Notes: a model not told the origin generated them from the letters alone. 36,880 bases of DNA from Pseudomonadota bacterium (GCA_043821645.1 JBDRCO010000013.1:1-36880), one strand, 5' to 3'. Positions 16,356 through 26,546 are shown, counted from the stretch's first letter. Program-made: numbers and translations.

Positions 16356-19208
16356 TTAGTGGGGTCGACGGCGTAGCCCGAACAGGGTGACCAGGCCGAG
16401 GGCCCACAGCACCGCCGGCTGCGGTGAGCCGCGCCCCGCCTGGGCACACAGCAGCGTCGCCTCGTGGCCCGGTTCGTCGACGTGGGGCATGCGGTCGGTG
16501 GGCGAGGGCAGGGCACAGCTCTCGTCCGTCTCGCCATCGCAGTTGTTGTCGACGTCGTCACCGCAGACCTCGGTGGCGGCAGGGGACCTCGCCGGATCCC
16601 TGTCATCGCAATCGAGCTGCGTGCAGAACCCATCCTTGTCCACGTCGAGGCAGGCCGCGCAGCCCTCATCGACCTGGCCATCGCAGCTGTTGTCCAGGGC
16701 ATCGCCACACAGCTCGGCCGCGCCGGGGTAGGTGTCCGCCCGCCCGTCATCGCAATCGAGTGCTGCGCAGAAACCATCGGCATCGCCGTCGACACAGCCC
16801 TCGCAGCCCTCGTCCACATCTCCATCGCAGTCGTTGTCGGCCTGGTCCCCGCAGCGCTCAGCCTGGCCGGGGTTGACGGCGGCGTCGTGGTCGTCGCAGT
16901 CGCGGTTGGCACAGAACCCGTCCTCGTCCTCGTCGGTGCAGGACACGCAGTCCTCGTCCACGTCACCGTCGCAGTCGTTGTCGACATGGTCCCCGCACTG
17001 TTCCGCGGCACCCGGGTTGGCGCTGGCATCCTGATCGTCACAGTCGCGATTGCTGCAGAACCCATCCTGGTCATCATCGGTGCAAAACACGCAGCCTTCG
17101 CCTACCTGACCATCGCAGTTGTTGTCGAGCTCGTCGTCGCAGCGCTCCACGGCACCGGGATGCACCGCTGCACGGGAATCGTCGCAATCCACATCCGAGC
17201 AGAACCCATCCTGGTCCACGTCGATGCAGACCACACAGCCCTCGTCGACCTGGCTGTTGCAGTTGTTGTCCCGGCCGTCGCCACAGACCTCGGTCAGGCC
17301 CGGTCTGACGTCGGAGCGGCTGTCGTCGCAGTCCTCGGTGCTGCAGCTCCCGTCGCCGTCTGCGTCGATGCAGACCACGCAGCCCTCGTCGATCTGGCGG
17401 TTGCAGTTGTTGTCGCGACCGTCGCCACAGACCTCGGCCAGGCCCGGCTTGACGTCGGAGCGGCTGTCGTCGCAGTCCTCGGTGCTGCAGCTCCCATCGC
17501 CGTCGGCGTCGATGCAGACCACACAACCCTCGTCGATCTGGTTGTTGCAGTTGTTGTCACGGCTGTCGCCACAGACCTCGGTCAGGCCCGGCCTGACGTC
17601 GGAGCGGCTGTCGTCGCAGTCCTCGGTGCTGCAGCTTCCGTCGCCGTCGGCGTCGATGCAGGTTACGCAGCCCTCGTCGATCTGGCCGTTGCAGTTGTTG
17701 TCGATGCCGTCGTTGCACAGCTCGGCCGCGCCCGGATAGCGGCGTGCGTCCAGATCATTGCAGTCGGCGCTGGCGCAGGCCCCGTCCTGATCCTGGTCCG
17801 TGCACAGGCACACACCGGCGCCCTGCAGTTCAGGAATGCGCTGGGTATCGCACAGCGCGTCGGCGGCACAGTCCGACTGGCCCAGGCACAGGGGCTTGCA
17901 CTGGCCGGTGGCACCTCCAGCCGGGCCGACACAGAACAGGCCATCCGCGCATTCGACCGGCTCCCGGGGCCCCAGTCTGCAGCTCGCCCCTTCCGCGTGG
18001 CTGAGGCTGGCAAAACAATCCGTGGCGCCCGTTGCGGTGGGACCGCAGGCCAGAGTCGAGGCGCACTCTCCGCCTCTGAGGTCGCAGTTGGCGGGAGGCA
18101 TGCAGAGATCGATGGCAGAAGCACACTGGGTCCCGATGCAGGTCTGGTAGGCCTGGGTCGTGCTCGCGGAGGCGCACTCGGTGTCAAAACACCGCAGCAT
18201 GGCATCGAGGGCGGCCTGGGCGTCGCTGGTGCCGGTGTCGTAGCAGTCGAGCTGACAGGTCGCGCTATCATCGCAGGCGACGAGGCAGTCGTAGACCTGC
18301 TCGCAGTCGTGGGTCTGGCAGGCGCTGTTGTCGCAGCTTCCGTCGCCCTGGCAGGCCTGGGTGCAGAAGCACAGACCCGGGTCGCTCTGGCAGCTCGGTG
18401 GCACCTGCCCCAGCACGCCGGCGATCCAGGGCGCGTGGCGATCCACCCGGGTGTGGTTGTAGCTGCCCTTGCAGGGATCACCTCCGGACGAGGCCACGCT
18501 CGAGTTGATGCCGATGACACGCCATGTGCCGTTCTCTTGCAGCAAGCCCGGGCCGCCGGAGTCGCCAAAGCAGACGCCGGTCCCCGAGAAGTTGCCGACG
18601 TAGACCGAGCTGCCGATGCTGGAGACCAGGATCTGGGTCGAGCGCTTGAGGCCACCGCCGGTGACGTTGATGCCCTCGGTGGCGCCGAAGCCCACGTAGA
18701 GCACCGGGTGACCGACCAGGGCCGCGCTCAGCGACTGCTGGTTGTAGGCGTAGATCGGTGCACCCTGCACGGCCTGGGCGAGGCGCACCATGGCGATGTC
18801 GTTGCGCAGGTTCTCGCTGTCCCACTGCGGGTGGCGGTGGAAGCTCTGGACCGGCACCAGGGTGCCGCTGGCCGGTGGACCGCCGTCGGCGGCGGGTCGC
18901 GCGTCCGGGCCAAGGTAGAAGCGCACCGTCGACGGGTCGAGCAGGCCGCCCGCCTCGTCCTCGACGCAATGGGCTGCGGTCAGTACCCAGCGCGGGTCGA
19001 TGAGGGAGCCCGTGCAGAAGGAACCCTCGTAGCCCCAGAAAGGAACCTGGGCGACCAGGGCGCCCACGCCATTCCAGCCGCTCTCGACCACGCCACCGAC
19101 GATGGGGTGCCGCTGCGAGGGGTCCTGGACCTCGATCGCGTCTCGCGGTGTACAGGCCACCAGCAGCGCCGCCACCAGAACTCCGCTCCCTCTCGTCCCA
19201 AGGCGCAT
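16356..19208 (-). CDS. Surface S1 (trypsin-fold) serine protease with Cys-rich region, nine Asp/Cys metal-binding-type repeats and MYXO-CTERM-like tail
   Basis: Lipobox-like LLVAC, IVGG, WVLTAAHC, NDIAMV, CFGDSGGP. C-terminus LLCAQAGRG...WALGLVTLFGLRRR. Alternative start at 19232. Confidence 0.9.
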   Translation of the reverse strand: MRLGTRGSGVLVAALLVACTPRDAIEVQDPSQRHPIVGGVVESGWNGVGALVAQVPFWGYEGSFCTGSLIDPRWVLTAAHCVEDEAGGLLDPSTVRFYLGPDARPAADGGPPASGTLVPVQSFHRHPQWDSENLRNDIAMVRLAQAVQGAPIYAYNQQSLSAALVGHPVLYVGFGATEGINVTGGGLKRSTQILVSSIGSSVYVGNFSGTGVCFGDSGGPGLLQENGTWRVIGINSSVASSGGDPCKGSYNHTRVDRHAPWIAGVLGQVPPSCQSDPGLCFCTQACQGDGSCDNSACQTHDCEQVYDCLVACDDSATCQLDCYDTGTSDAQAALDAMLRCFDTECASASTTQAYQTCIGTQCASAIDLCMPPANCDLRGGECASTLACGPTATGATDCFASLSHAEGASCRLGPREPVECADGLFCVGPAGGATGQCKPLCLGQSDCAADALCDTQRIPELQGAGVCLCTDQDQDGACASADCNDLDARRYPGAAELCNDGIDNNCNGQIDEGCVTCIDADGDGSCSTEDCDDSRSDVRPGLTEVCGDSRDNNCNNQIDEGCVVCIDADGDGSCSTEDCDDSRSDVKPGLAEVCGDGRDNNCNRQIDEGCVVCIDADGDGSCSTEDCDDSRSDVRPGLTEVCGDGRDNNCNSQVDEGCVVCIDVDQDGFCSDVDCDDSRAAVHPGAVERCDDELDNNCDGQVGEGCVFCTDDDQDGFCSNRDCDDQDASANPGAAEQCGDHVDNDCDGDVDEDCVSCTDEDEDGFCANRDCDDHDAAVNPGQAERCGDQADNDCDGDVDEGCEGCVDGDADGFCAALDCDDGRADTYPGAAELCGDALDNSCDGQVDEGCAACLDVDKDGFCTQLDCDDRDPARSPAATEVCGDDVDNNCDGETDESCALPSPTDRMPHVDEPGHEATLLCAQAGRGSPQPAVLWALGLVTLFGLRRRPH
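16515..17810 (-). repeat. Nine tandem 144-nt (48-aa) coding repeats, D-x-D-x-DG...DCDD...PG..E.C.D..DNNC.G.VDEGC (MopE-like putative metal-binding motif)
   Basis: TTGCAGTTGTTGTC recurs at 17257, 17401, 17545 and 17689 (period 144). Units 2-4 are nearly identical. Confidence 0.92.
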
Positions 19209-19374
19209 CTCGTTCTCACTTTCCGTCGCCATCGCGACCCGGGAATCTCTATCCCTTGCGTGGCTACTTGGGAGACGCCGCTGGTCAGAAAATGTCGCAT
19301 TGTGACGACGGGCACAGGGCTACGGTGCCTGGCCGTGCGCTCCATCACGACCCGTTCGGAATTCGGACACAGGA

Positions 19375-19390
19375 TGTGCTCGCGGTCACA
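19375..19390. promoter_or_regulatory. CRP-family-like operator upstream of the protease gene
   Basis: TGTGC-TCGCGG-TCACA (1 mismatch to TGTGA-N6-TCACA), intergenic. Confidence 0.45.
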
Positions 19391-19441
19391 TTCGAGATCA
19401 GGGTGATCGACGTCAGGGATCGATGGCGCCGCAGGGCGTGT

Positions 19442-21166
19442 TCAGTGCAGGGTGACCATGCGCCACCACTGCGACAGCTCGCGCAGCTGGCGCGCCCGGG
19501 GGGCCACGCAGTCGTACTTGGAATGGTGAATCAGCACCATGTCCCCGCTGGCCAGCCCCGAGGTGTCACAGGGCGGATCCAGGTCGTAGGGGCGCACCTC
19601 GATGGGCGAGAAGTAGAAGTAGACGCTGGGCTGATAGTACAGGGGGACGTTCCAGCGTTGCCTGTCCACGATCAGGTAGGGGATCGGATCCTTCTCCCAG
19701 GCGGCAGCGTACTCGGCGAAGGTATCCGGCGGCTGCGGCGCCCACACGCGCCGGGCGCTGCGGTCGAGGCCAGCTCCCAGCATCCACATCACGGCACCCA
19801 GTGCGAGACCACGGCCGGCCAGCATCAGCAGACCATGCGCACGCACCAGCTCGGCTGCCGGGAGCACCTGCAGCAGCCATCGATGGAGCCCCTGCGCGCA
19901 CAGCAGACCGGCCAGCGCAACCAGGAACCACCAATGAAGGTGTTTGGCGTCGTCGTGGAGGATGCACAGCGCCGCTGCCACCAGCGGGATGCCCAGCAGG
20001 CCCAGGTGGCGCTCGCCCCGGCCCAGCCAGCGCCCGAGCACGATGCCAGGACCCAGGGCAAATAAAGGAAAGATGGGGATCATGTACCAGGAGCGGTGCT
20101 TGTCCGCGATCTCGCCGAACACCAGCAGGTGGCTGGCCAGGAGCGCCGTGCAGGCAAGCAGGAGAAACCGTCTCGTCTCCGCCGAGGGTGCGCCGAGGAT
20201 GAGGCGTGCGGTGCGCTGCCACCGCGTCGAGGGCGGCGGGACCTCGTCTGTCGCCAGGCTTGCGGGCTGCACCAGCGCCAGGGTCAGCAGCGCCAGCAGA
20301 CACAGACTGCCCACGACCACGAGCCAGGGCTCGCCGAAGCGCAAGAAGGTCTGCCACAGATCGTCAACCTTGCGCGGCACGTGAGGATCGGCCGCGAGCT
20401 TGGCCGGGATCTGGTGCAACGCTGCTCCGACACCTCGGTCGAGGGTGAAGGGCACCATCCACAGGCCGAAGAACGCCAGGGCTACGACGATCGTGACACC
20501 GAAGCGCCGCCACAGCCGGCGAGGAGAGACCAGCAGCGTCGGATCCAGGGTCAGCTCCGCCACCACGACTGCACCCAGCGAAGCGAAGCCGACCATGTGC
20601 TTGACCCATGCACCGTAGCCGACCACCAGCCCCAGGAGGACCTGCAGGATGCGCTCTGTGCGAGGGTCAGATTCGTCGCGGGTGCGGCTGGCAAGCCACA
20701 GCGCGAGAAGGAAGACCGCGGTCAGGGTGTTCTCGAGCCAGATCACGCGGCCGAGCTCGATCCAACCTCCGATGGTCAGGGCCAGCAGGCCCGTCAGCAG
20801 GCCTGCCAGCGACGAGCTCGCGATGATCGAGGCCAGGAGCGCGAGCAGCACCGTCGAGGCGATACCGGCGAGAATGGTGGGCAGGCGCACGGCCGCCTTG
20901 CCGCGTCCAAAGATCTTCAGCGACAGTGCCGCCGGCCACAGGGCTCCAGGGGGCTTGCCCAGGGTGCGGTAGTGACTGAACTCACCGCGGGGGTAGAGAG
21001 GATTGTCACCCCGGGACAGCTCGAGCGCCGCCGCTGCGTACAGCGCCTCGTCGCTCTTGACGAGGGTGGGATCGGCGTAGCCACGGCCGAAGAACCACGT
21101 CGCCGCCAGCAGCACGATTCCGAGCGCCGCCGGTCGTGCCAGCGCGCGGGACGCCGACAGGTTCAT
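19442..21166 (-). CDS. ArnT/PMT-like GT-C membrane glycosyltransferase
   Basis: SDEALYAAAA, GKPPGALW, FGRGKAAVRLP and WYMIPIFPLFAL motifs. Polytopic. Starts 3 nt after the nuoD stop. Confidence 0.82.
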   Translation of the reverse strand: MNLSASRALARPAALGIVLLAATWFFGRGYADPTLVKSDEALYAAAALELSRGDNPLYPRGEFSHYRTLGKPPGALWPAALSLKIFGRGKAAVRLPTILAGIASTVLLALLASIIASSSLAGLLTGLLALTIGGWIELGRVIWLENTLTAVFLLALWLASRTRDESDPRTERILQVLLGLVVGYGAWVKHMVGFASLGAVVVAELTLDPTLLVSPRRLWRRFGVTIVVALAFFGLWMVPFTLDRGVGAALHQIPAKLAADPHVPRKVDDLWQTFLRFGEPWLVVVGSLCLLALLTLALVQPASLATDEVPPPSTRWQRTARLILGAPSAETRRFLLLACTALLASHLLVFGEIADKHRSWYMIPIFPLFALGPGIVLGRWLGRGERHLGLLGIPLVAAALCILHDDAKHLHWWFLVALAGLLCAQGLHRWLLQVLPAAELVRAHGLLMLAGRGLALGAVMWMLGAGLDRSARRVWAPQPPDTFAEYAAAWEKDPIPYLIVDRQRWNVPLYYQPSVYFYFSPIEVRPYDLDPPCDTSGLASGDMVLIHHSKYDCVAPRARQLRELSQWWRMVTLH

Positions 21167-21169
21167 GGC

Positions 21170-22315
21170 CTAGCGGTCGACCTCAGGGGCCACCACGTCG
21201 AGGGACGCGATGAGAGCGACCAGGTCCGCGATCATCAGGCGCGGTGACAGGTGTTCCATGATCGACATGGCCGAGAAGCTGCCGGTGCGGATGCGTGCGC
21301 GCTGGGGCTTGTCGGTCCCGTCGGAGACCAGGTAAAAGCCCATCTCGCCACGGGCGCTCTCGACCCGGGCATAGGTCTCGCCCACCGCGGGCTTGAGCTT
21401 CTTGGGGACCTTGGCCCGGACGTCGCCCTCGGGCAAGCCCTCGATGCACTGCCGCACGATCTTGATCGACTCGCGGATCTCCTCGACGCGCGCGTAAAAC
21501 CGCGCGTAGCAGTCGCCCTCGATGCCATGCGGCCCCTTGCCCACGGGAACCTTGAACTGCAGCTCGGGATAGGCCGAGTACGGAACGTCGCGGCGCAGGT
21601 CGAAGTCCACGCCGCTGGCGCGCAGGTTGGGGCCCACGAGCGCGTAGCCGATGGCGTCCTGGCGCGAGATGGGCGCCACGCCGGCGAGGCGATCGATGTA
21701 GATGGGGTTGAAGGAGATGAGCCGGTCGAACTCGTCGATGATGGGCTCGAGGTGATACAGCCAGCTCAGGATGCTGCGATCGAGGCCGGGGTAGAAGTCG
21801 CGAGACACGCCGCCGACCCATACGTAGTTGTAGGTCAGGCGCGCACCGCAGATGTACTCCATGATGTCGTTGAAGGTCTCGCGTTCGCGAATGAGCATCA
21901 AAAACGGCGTGTAGGCGCCAATGTCCATCGCCATGGAACCCGCGGCGATGAAGTGGCTGGCGATGCGCGTGAGCTCGGTGGCGATGGTGCGCAGGTACTG
22001 CGCCCGTCGTGGCACCTCGATGCCCAGCAGGTTCTCCACCGCCATGGCCCAGCCCTGGTTGGGGAACATGGCCGCGCAGTAGTCGATGCGATCGGTGTAG
22101 GGCATGAAGCCCAGGTAGCCGACCTTCTCGGCGATGCCCTCCATGGCCCGGTGCAGGTAGCCCACCTCGGGCACCGCGCGGCTGATGACCTCGCCGTCGG
22201 TCTCCACCAGGAAGTTGAGGACGCCGTGCGTCGCCGGGTGGTGCGGTCCCATGTTGAGGACCATGAGCCCGTCCTTGGGCTGCTTCCACGACGCGACAAA
22301 GGGATATTGTTCCAT
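21170..22315 (-). CDS. nuoD: NADH-quinone oxidoreductase subunit D
   Basis: [55 protein letters not shown]. Lacks the NiFe-binding CxxC motifs of hydrogenase large subunits. Confidence 0.95.
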   Translation of the reverse strand: MEQYPFVASWKQPKDGLMVLNMGPHHPATHGVLNFLVETDGEVISRAVPEVGYLHRAMEGIAEKVGYLGFMPYTDRIDYCAAMFPNQGWAMAVENLLGIEVPRRAQYLRTIATELTRIASHFIAAGSMAMDIGAYTPFLMLIRERETFNDIMEYICGARLTYNYVWVGGVSRDFYPGLDRSILSWLYHLEPIIDEFDRLISFNPIYIDRLAGVAPISRQDAIGYALVGPNLRASGVDFDLRRDVPYSAYPELQFKVPVGKGPHGIEGDCYARFYARVEEIRESIKIVRQCIEGLPEGDVRAKVPKKLKPAVGETYARVESARGEMGFYLVSDGTDKPQRARIRTGSFSAMSIMEHLSPRLMIADLVALIASLDVVAPEVDR

Positions 22316-22346
22316 GGCGGGCCCTCGCAGTTCTGTGACGGGTGGC

Positions 22347-23387
22347 TCAGCTCGCGCTGGTCGTGCCCTCGGCCGCTGGGGTGGTCGTGGCCTGTGCCGG
22401 AGTCTCGGCAATGATCTCCCCTGCGGACAGGGCGCCGCTGCGGATCTGCTCGACGATGACCGCGGCCAGATCGTCCGGATCCTTGCGGGGTCGGCTTCGG
22501 ATCACGGCGCCGCTGGCGATGATCCGGCCGTGCTTGCGGCGCACGCGGGCATCGAGGTCGCGGATGGCCGCGCCGGGGTTCGAGGTGTAGACCACGTACA
22601 GGGCGCAGGCCTTGTGCTCGAGGTCAGGCAGCAGGTCGATGAACGAGCCCATGGCCTCCGAGGTGCTCGCGAAGAGCAGCCCGTGGGCATTGGCGCCAAA
22701 GATCAGCAGGTCGTAGTCCTCGAGCTGGCTTGGCTTGGCCTGGCTCACTGCCACGACCTCGACCGCTATGCTGGCCACCGCCAGACGATGGGTCAGGATC
22801 TCACCGGCCTCCCGGGCGCCCTTGCCGCTGTCGTCGAACACCAGCAAGGCCCTGAGGGGCCGCTGGGTCTTGAGCAACTCGGTGCGCTCGCTGAACAGGG
22901 TGTTGCTGAAGGTGCGCGTCGTCTTCATTCCGTGGTACTCGGCGGGCTCCTGCCAGTCCTTGCGCAGGGGGTGGCCCGGCCAGTCCTCGGGGAGCATCAG
23001 GCGCCGCAGCTCGCGGTGGTTGTTGAAGACCACTCCGAGCAGGTCGTACTGCTCGCGCTCGTGCCATTCGGCGGCGGGCCATACCGCGCTGACAGTGTCG
23101 ACGGCCGGATTGTCGTGCGGGATATCTGTCTTGAGCACCAGCAGGTGGTGGTGCGTGTACGAGTACAGGTGGTAGGTCATCTCGAAGCGCTCGGGCGGCA
23201 CGTCGGCGGCGGTCAGGCAGGACAGGTTGTCCAGGGCGATGCTGTCGGCATCGCGCAGCCAGGTGGCGACCACGACCAGGCGCGCGGGCTGGACCCGGAT
23301 CCAGGTCTGGGCCTTGTCGTTCTTGACCTCGACGACGGCGTCCCCGAACTGCTGCTGCACCTTGCTGGCAATCTCGTCGAAGGTCAT
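22347..23387 (-). CDS. nuoC: NADH-quinone oxidoreductase subunit C fused to a C-terminal flavodoxin-like domain
   Basis: N-half: [40 protein letters not shown]-half: LRALLVF..., [29 protein letters not shown] overlap with nuoA. Confidence 0.9.
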   Translation of the reverse strand: MTFDEIASKVQQQFGDAVVEVKNDKAQTWIRVQPARLVVVATWLRDADSIALDNLSCLTAADVPPERFEMTYHLYSYTHHHLLVLKTDIPHDNPAVDTVSAVWPAAEWHEREQYDLLGVVFNNHRELRRLMLPEDWPGHPLRKDWQEPAEYHGMKTTRTFSNTLFSERTELLKTQRPLRALLVFDDSGKGAREAGEILTHRLAVASIAVEVVAVSQAKPSQLEDYDLLIFGANAHGLLFASTSEAMGSFIDLLPDLEHKACALYVVYTSNPGAAIRDLDARVRRKHGRIIASGAVIRSRPRKDPDDLAAVIVEQIRSGALSAGEIIAETPAQATTTPAAEGTTSAS

Positions 23388-23812
23388 GGGGCAGTCCTTT
23401 CTGCGGCACCGGCCTGGATGTCGCGGTCATCCCACAGCCGCTTGACCCACTCGAGGTCGCCCTTGCGCCACACGTAGGCCAGGCCCACCAGCAGGATCAG
23501 GACAAACAGCGCCAGCTCCACCATGGCCACGGCCCACTGCGGCGATGCCATCCAGGACCTGTAGACCACGCCGATGGGGAAGGTGAAGGCGATCTCGACG
23601 TCGAAGACCACGAACACCAGGGCCACGATGTAGAAGCGCGGATTGAAGTTGAACCAGGCACCCCCGACGGGAACCTCGCCGCACTCGTACACCATTGCCT
23701 TGCCAGGGGTGTAGCGCCGCGGCGCCAGGAAGCGCTGCGCGGCGAGTCCCCCGAACACGACCACACAGGCCAGAACGGCCAGCACCAGGACCACGGTAAA
23801 GTGAAAACCCAT
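23384..23812 (-). CDS. nuoA: NADH-quinone oxidoreductase subunit A (copy 1)
   Basis: YECGEVP, RFYIVALVFVVFDVE, LAYVWRKGDLEW. Confidence 0.94.
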   Translation of the reverse strand: MGFHFTVVLVLAVLACVVVFGGLAAQRFLAPRRYTPGKAMVYECGEVPVGGAWFNFNPRFYIVALVFVVFDVEIAFTFPIGVVYRSWMASPQWAVAMVELALFVLILLVGLAYVWRKGDLEWVKRLWDDRDIQAGAAERTAP

Positions 23813-23869
23813 GACGGAGACTCCACCCTGTCGCCGCGCCGCGGCGCTCATATAAATGGCTGCCGCAAT

Positions 23870-23898
23870 CTTCTAAGAGACGCTGCGCGAGGTGTCAA
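23870..23898 (-). promoter_or_regulatory. Putative sigma70 promoter of nuoA-C-D
   Basis: Minus strand TTGACA-N17-TAGAAG: perfect -35, weak -10. Confidence 0.4.
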
Positions 23899-24049
23899 GG
23901 CGATTGGGGCGAGCTCAGGACCTCGCACGCGTTCCCGGGAGCAGCGCATCAGGAGGCCTCCGCGGCGTGGCGTTCTCGCTCGCGCGCCACGAGAGTCCAC
24001 GCTATGACCGCCGACGCCAGACGCATGGGTGCGTGGGGCAGGGGAGCAG

Positions 24050-26506
24050 GTGGTCGAGATCCGCCGATACCTGTCGCGGTGCTGGGAATACACCTCCGGG
24101 GCTGCCCGACGCGGGCCCGGGGTGCTGGTCCTGACCGCCGTTGCCACGGCACTCGCGCTGGTCTTCTACAGGCCCTATGGCGAGACCTTCGGCACCAAGC
24201 TGGTGACCGGGCACGTCGATGCCTACTTCGTGCTGTGGGGCGTCGACTGGGTGCAGCGGCAGTGCTTTGGCCTGTGCGGCCCCCTGTTTGACAGCAACGT
24301 CTACTTCCCGCACCGCTTCAGCCTGCTGCACGCGGACCCCATGATTGGCCAGGCCCTGGTGACCCTGCCCCTGCGCTGGCTCGACGCCGGACCCGCCGCC
24401 ACTTTCAACACGCTGCAACTGCTGGGGCTGGTGAGTGCGGGTGTCGCCATGGCATTGCTGGCCGCCGAGCTCACCGGGCACCGATGGTCTGCCCTGGTGG
24501 CGCTGGTGGTGTTCGGCTTCTTCCCGGCGCGGGCCGCGGCCGTGACCAATGCGCTGTCGCAGTACAGCTTCGGCTTGCCCCTCATGCTGTGGGCTCTCGT
24601 ATCCTGGACGCGTCGCGGCCGGTCCTGGTCCATCTGGGCCTGCGGCGGAGCCTTCGTGCTGCAGGCCTGGTTCTCGACCCAGATGGCGCTGTGGACCGCT
24701 CTGGGCTTCGTCGTCACGGCACCCTGGATCCTGCTCGGGGGTCAGGCCTGGCGCACCCGGCAGCAGCTGCGGCAGCTCGGCCTGGCGATGATCGTCTGGT
24801 TGGTGATCCTGGCGCCGCTCGTCGTGGGCTACCTGCGCATGGGCCACGATCTTGGCTTCACCCGTTCGATGCGCGAGACCGTGGCCTACTCGGGCAGCAC
24901 CGACGCGCTGTGGAACGAGCGCGGCATGTTGCAGAACGACCCCTGGTTGCAGGGAGAGGCCAGCAAGGGCGGCGGGCACCTGGGCTTGCTGCTGTGCGCG
25001 CTGGCGGCGGCGGGCTGTGCCGTGTTGCTGTGGCGGCGCGCGCGAGGTGACCGCGCGGCCCTGTGGCAGCACCTGCTGCCGGGCCTGCTGCTGCTCGCCC
25101 TCGGCGTCATCGTCTACCTGGGGCCAACCGACAAGTCCCACGGCGATAGCAGGGCGCTGTTCTGGTACGTGCGCGAGCTGGTGCCGGGCTTCAAGGGCGT
25201 GCGCGTTCCTGCCCGGGGCTTGATGCTGGCCTACGTCGGGCTGGCGCTGCTGGCCGCCGAGGGCGCGCGTGGCCTGTTCGCATGGGCGCGCTGGCCCGGG
25301 GTCCGACCCCTGGCCGCCGTGAGCCTGGCCGCGGCGCTGTTCTGGTTCTGGCTACCGCGACCCCAGAACCCTGTCATGCCGAGCGTGATCACCGACGCTG
25401 CCGTCGTCATGCGGGACCTGCCGGCCGGCGCCGTGGTCTTGCCCTGGCCAAGTTTTCGCCACTACCACGACGGGGCGCTGCGGGACTACGAGGCCACTGC
25501 CCACGACAAGCACATCGTGGGCGGCTACACCGGGATCTTCACCTGGCTGTATCGCCAGTGCTTTCTCGAACTGGATCAGTTTCCCGGTGGGCGCTCGCTC
25601 GAGGTGGCCGCGGCGCTGGGGACCACGCACCTGGTGCTGGACAGCCGCCGACTCGACGGCAAGAGAAGAGACGCGCTCGGGCGGGCTCTGTCCGACGGCC
25701 GCGTGCAAGGTCCCGTGCTGACGCGCGGCCCCTTCGAGGCCTACGTGCTGGTTCGAGGCGAGCTGCGGCAATTCGGGGCGCACGATCTGCATGCCCTGGC
25801 GCCCCTGAGCGCCCTGGCCGAGCAGCACGTCGAGGCGGGGAGCTGGGCCACCAGCGCGCTGCAGCTCCCGGCGGACTTCGCAGCCCAGCTCAGGATCAAT
25901 CCGACCCAGACCTGGAAGGGTCGCGTGCGTCTGGCGTGCCCCCACGGCCGCGACGATGCAGATGCGGTGGTCGCCGCGCCACCCATCGTCGACGACGAGC
26001 ACCGGCTGGTGTCCTTCAGCTACCGGGCCCCCGCCCAGCCCGGGGTCTGCGATGCCATCTTCGAGCTGCAGGGCACGGCTCTCGGCACCGGGCGTGTCGA
26101 CGTGGTGGCTGCCGGTCCGGGCACACCCCGGGCCGAGATCGAGATCCTGGATGCGCCGGCGTCGACCTGGGCGGACTGCGGCGTGCGGCTCCACCTTCGC
26201 ATCCGCAACACAGGCCCGGTGGTGCTCCGCGCGCGCTCCGACGTCGGCTGGCCTCCCTTCAAGGGGGAGTTTCAGGTCGAGTGCCGCTTCACGGGTCCGG
26301 CGAGTGAGACCCTGCGTGTGGTCTCCGAATGGGGCGACGGCGCGCTGCACGCGGATCTCGGCCCGGGGGACAGGAGCGAACGCACGCTGCGCATCCGGGC
26401 ACCGCGCAAGGGCGGGCACTACAAGCTGCAATGCAAACCGGTGCTGGCCTACACCTCGTTCATCGGCGATGGCAGCCCGGTGCGGGAGATCGACGTGGTG
26501 CCCTGA
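24050..26506 (+). CDS. Polytopic GT-C/YfhO-like membrane protein with C-terminal extracellular Ig-like domains
   Basis: GGGGAG before GTG 24050. Motifs FDSNVYFPH, LVPGFKGVRVPAR, IVGGYTG. C-terminal LRIRNTG...DLGPG...IRAPRKGGHYKL Ig-like domain. Confidence 0.7.
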   Translation: MVEIRRYLSRCWEYTSGAARRGPGVLVLTAVATALALVFYRPYGETFGTKLVTGHVDAYFVLWGVDWVQRQCFGLCGPLFDSNVYFPHRFSLLHADPMIGQALVTLPLRWLDAGPAATFNTLQLLGLVSAGVAMALLAAELTGHRWSALVALVVFGFFPARAAAVTNALSQYSFGLPLMLWALVSWTRRGRSWSIWACGGAFVLQAWFSTQMALWTALGFVVTAPWILLGGQAWRTRQQLRQLGLAMIVWLVILAPLVVGYLRMGHDLGFTRSMRETVAYSGSTDALWNERGMLQNDPWLQGEASKGGGHLGLLLCALAAAGCAVLLWRRARGDRAALWQHLLPGLLLLALGVIVYLGPTDKSHGDSRALFWYVRELVPGFKGVRVPARGLMLAYVGLALLAAEGARGLFAWARWPGVRPLAAVSLAAALFWFWLPRPQNPVMPSVITDAAVVMRDLPAGAVVLPWPSFRHYHDGALRDYEATAHDKHIVGGYTGIFTWLYRQCFLELDQFPGGRSLEVAAALGTTHLVLDSRRLDGKRRDALGRALSDGRVQGPVLTRGPFEAYVLVRGELRQFGAHDLHALAPLSALAEQHVEAGSWATSALQLPADFAAQLRINPTQTWKGRVRLACPHGRDDADAVVAAPPIVDDEHRLVSFSYRAPAQPGVCDAIFELQGTALGTGRVDVVAAGPGTPRAEIEILDAPASTWADCGVRLHLRIRNTGPVVLRARSDVGWPPFKGEFQVECRFTGPASETLRVVSEWGDGALHADLGPGDRSERTLRIRAPRKGGHYKLQCKPVLAYTSFIGDGSPVREIDVVP

Positions 26507-26546
26507 GGTCTTGACGCCCCGCGCGTCGAGACACAGCGGATGGGTC

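Noticed and set aside
17220-17705. Regular direct repeats as a possible CRISPR array or DGR template/variable pair
   Set aside because: They are contiguous in-frame 144-nt coding repeats with no unique spacers. No cas or reverse transcriptase gene is in the window.
16464-19406. 980-aa plus-strand ORF
   Set aside because: Antisense shadow of the protease gene, with no recognisable motifs. Long shadow ORFs are expected in high-GC DNA.
22800-22860. NuoC C-terminal domain as a response-regulator receiver (LLVFDD)
   Set aside because: The downstream pattern ([20 protein letters not shown]) fits flavodoxins better, and no receiver D-x-x-M-P or K-P motif is visible.
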